Source: Octopus sinensis (lineage: Eukaryota). Taken from it: DNA of 64,000 nucleotides. Location: NCBI RefSeq assembly GCF_006345805.1, contig NC_043001.1:43648001-43712000 (forward strand), written 5' to 3'. Shown piece by piece: positions 62,400-64,000 of the stretch. Position 1 is the first letter of the stretch. Each line of letters opens with the position of its first letter. The translations under genes were made by a program, and so were the position numbers. The notes beneath the pieces were generated by a model. It did no database searches. It saw only the letters and a list, made by a program, of their open reading frames with translations, and was not told where the DNA came from.

Positions 62400-62785
62400 C
62401 AGTGATACCTCACAGTACGAGTTTAGTTTGTTCCATGACCAAGCTTGTCTTATGATTTACTCATTTTACAAACCAATTTTCCTCATTGAAATTAATCAAA
62501 ATATAATTAAGCGTTTCCAGCCCCACAAAACCACTCAAAAATAATTTTTTATGGGTTTTGAAATAAAAGGTGTAGTTACAAGTGAAATGGCAATTATAAA
62601 AAAAGAGAATGCAAAAGAAATATGCAAACTGGTTTTATTAACTGAATTACCTTAAAGATGGGATGATTTGTGTGCTTGTATTGTGGATTCCCACTCGTAC
62701 TTCAAGACAAAAATTTGCACAAGTCTTGGCTCGTACAGCAAATTACTTGTACAATGGAGCACTGGTACTGCGAGGTTCTATTGTA
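62400..62785. mobile_element. Tigger/pogo-like MITE ending ~45 nt from a SORL1 donor site
   Basis: Ends cagtgatacctcacagtacgagt / actggtactgcgaggttctattg followed by TA. Confidence 0.65.
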
Positions 62786-62829
62786 TATTGTGTATGCTTA
62801 AATTTCAATTTAAAAATATAAGTACAAAC

Positions 62830-62955
62830 CCTTTGGTGTAAGAATAGTAGGTTCCAGGATAGCAAGGACTTGGTATTTTATGTATATCAAGGTCTGAATT
62901 GGGATCAGTTTCACAGGTCAGGCTGTGTCGAGATCTTAATTTAAAGCCATAATCA
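62830..62955 (-). CDS. SORL1: SORL1 exon, 10CC-b
   Basis: ttcag|T GAT TAT GGC...AAA GG|gtttgt; DYGFKLRSRHSLTCETDPNSDLDIHKIPSPCYPGTYYSYTK(G); below the ORF-track cutoff. Confidence 0.9.
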
Positions 62956-63041
62956 CTGAAAGTGGAAATAAAAATAACATACATGTAGCATCATCACTAT
63001 CATCACCATATATATATATATATATCATCATCATCATCATC

Positions 63042-63116
<75 letters not shown>

Positions 63117-63763
63117 TATAGATTTAGTTATATGCATGAAAAATGAAGATAGAGAAGAGAGCCAGAGACACACTGACGGGTGGTGGGGCAATGTATGAAT
63201 ATTGAGTGAGACACAAGAACACTTAAAGTGAAAGATATTTTTCCTCTCAAATGTAAGAAAAAAATAATATTTACAGTTGTGTAGTGAACTTATTTTGATT
63301 ACAATCAAAATTTGAGGTTTAAGGTGTACAGTCAACTTAATTGATTCTAGTTTGATATTTTAAATTATTGATGGAAAAGAAAAAGTAATGTCAGGCTCAT
63401 AAAGACAAAACTAAAACACTCTATGACATTCAGTACAGCTCCTACTGTTTCTGCCACCTGAATGATAAAAGAAACAAAGATGTGTGCCAATGGTAGGTTC
63501 ACACTGGAACATTGTAAGTGAGGAAGAATTTATTAAACAAGCAAGTTATTTCCCACTCCACACTTTCTTGTTGCCAGTCTTGAAATGCACAATATAGTAC
63601 ACATGGAATGATACTGTATCCCAAATAAGAAATAATGAAATAAAACAACTAATAATGTAATAGATTTAACAACTCATTTAATACATGCTGCATCTTGTAT
63701 TAAATAAGTTGAATACAAAATGTATTTTTGAATGAAATACTGAATACCAAATTGCATACAAAC

Positions 63764-63965
63764 CATTCAAAATCTTCCCTTGTACAAGTGCAATTCTTTG
63801 TAATTATTGGACGTATGTATTCTTCTCCATTGTAACATTTTGCATGTGGGACACGTTTTTCAATGATATCTTTCCTTCCTAATAGACACCCCCTGATTCC
63901 TTCAGTTTCTTTCAGAGTATCAGACAAAGACCACTGTTTGTAATCTTCCTTGCTGCAAACAGACT
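63764..63965 (-). CDS. SORL1: SORL1 exon, VPS10 10CC region
   Basis: ctcag|AG...GAATG|gtttgt; SVCSKEDYKQWSLSDTLKETEGIRGCLLGRKDIIEKRVPHAKCYNGEEYIRPIITKNCTCTREDFE(C); phases 1 to 2. Confidence 0.93.
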
Positions 63966-64000
63966 CTGAGGATGAAATTAAAAAAGAAATTACAGTTTGA

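Larger units (their letters stand above)
21059..63965 (-). other. SORL1: Sortilin-related receptor (SorLA/LR11) gene, 3' portion, 31 coding exons, 5'-incomplete in this window
   Basis: Exon chain gives the diagnostic order VPS10-10CC, YWTD x5, EGF, LDL-A x10, FN3 x6, TM, tail. C-terminus [53 protein letters not shown] closely matches the vertebrate SorLA tail (FANSHY...GFSDDVPMVIA). All intron phases are compatible. Confidence 0.97.

Noticed and set aside
62821-63763. Two consecutive introns with the donor GTTTGTA, suggesting minor-spliceosome introns
   Set aside because: Does not match the U12 consensus GTATCCTT; these are weak U2-type donors.

Overview
Eukaryotic, AT-rich, microsatellite-dense DNA whose SINE, RTE-LINE and Penelope repeat content suggests a coleoid cephalopod, probably Octopus (inference). 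The right two-thirds (21059-63965, minus strand) hold the 3' ~70% of a SORL1/SorLA (LR11) gene. I traced 31 coding exons by hand with GT-AG boundaries and consistent phases, giving 4706 nt of CDS (about 1567 aa). The order is the end of the VPS10 10CC region, a YWTD beta-propeller, EGF, 10 LDL-A repeats, 6 FN3 domains, a TM helix and a tail ending ...YASSHY...[11 protein letters not shown]. The 5' exons lie beyond the right edge. Positions 1-11.5 kb are a nest of transposon remnants, and 13.4-21 kb is TE-poor sequence that may be a long 3'UTR. The most notable observations are: (i) a tandem duplication of an LDL-A exon pair inside SORL1, with an apparently homogenised tract across one donor site; (ii) variant-core minimal hammerhead-like motifs in Penelope-associated repeats; (iii) a 3x ~170-bp intronic array that captures a Helentron-type terminus plus host intron next to a splice donor; (iv) several foldback structures that would be dsRNA in the pre-mRNA. 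Exon coordinates were counted base by base. Repeat boundaries are approximate (tens of bp) unless a TSD is quoted.
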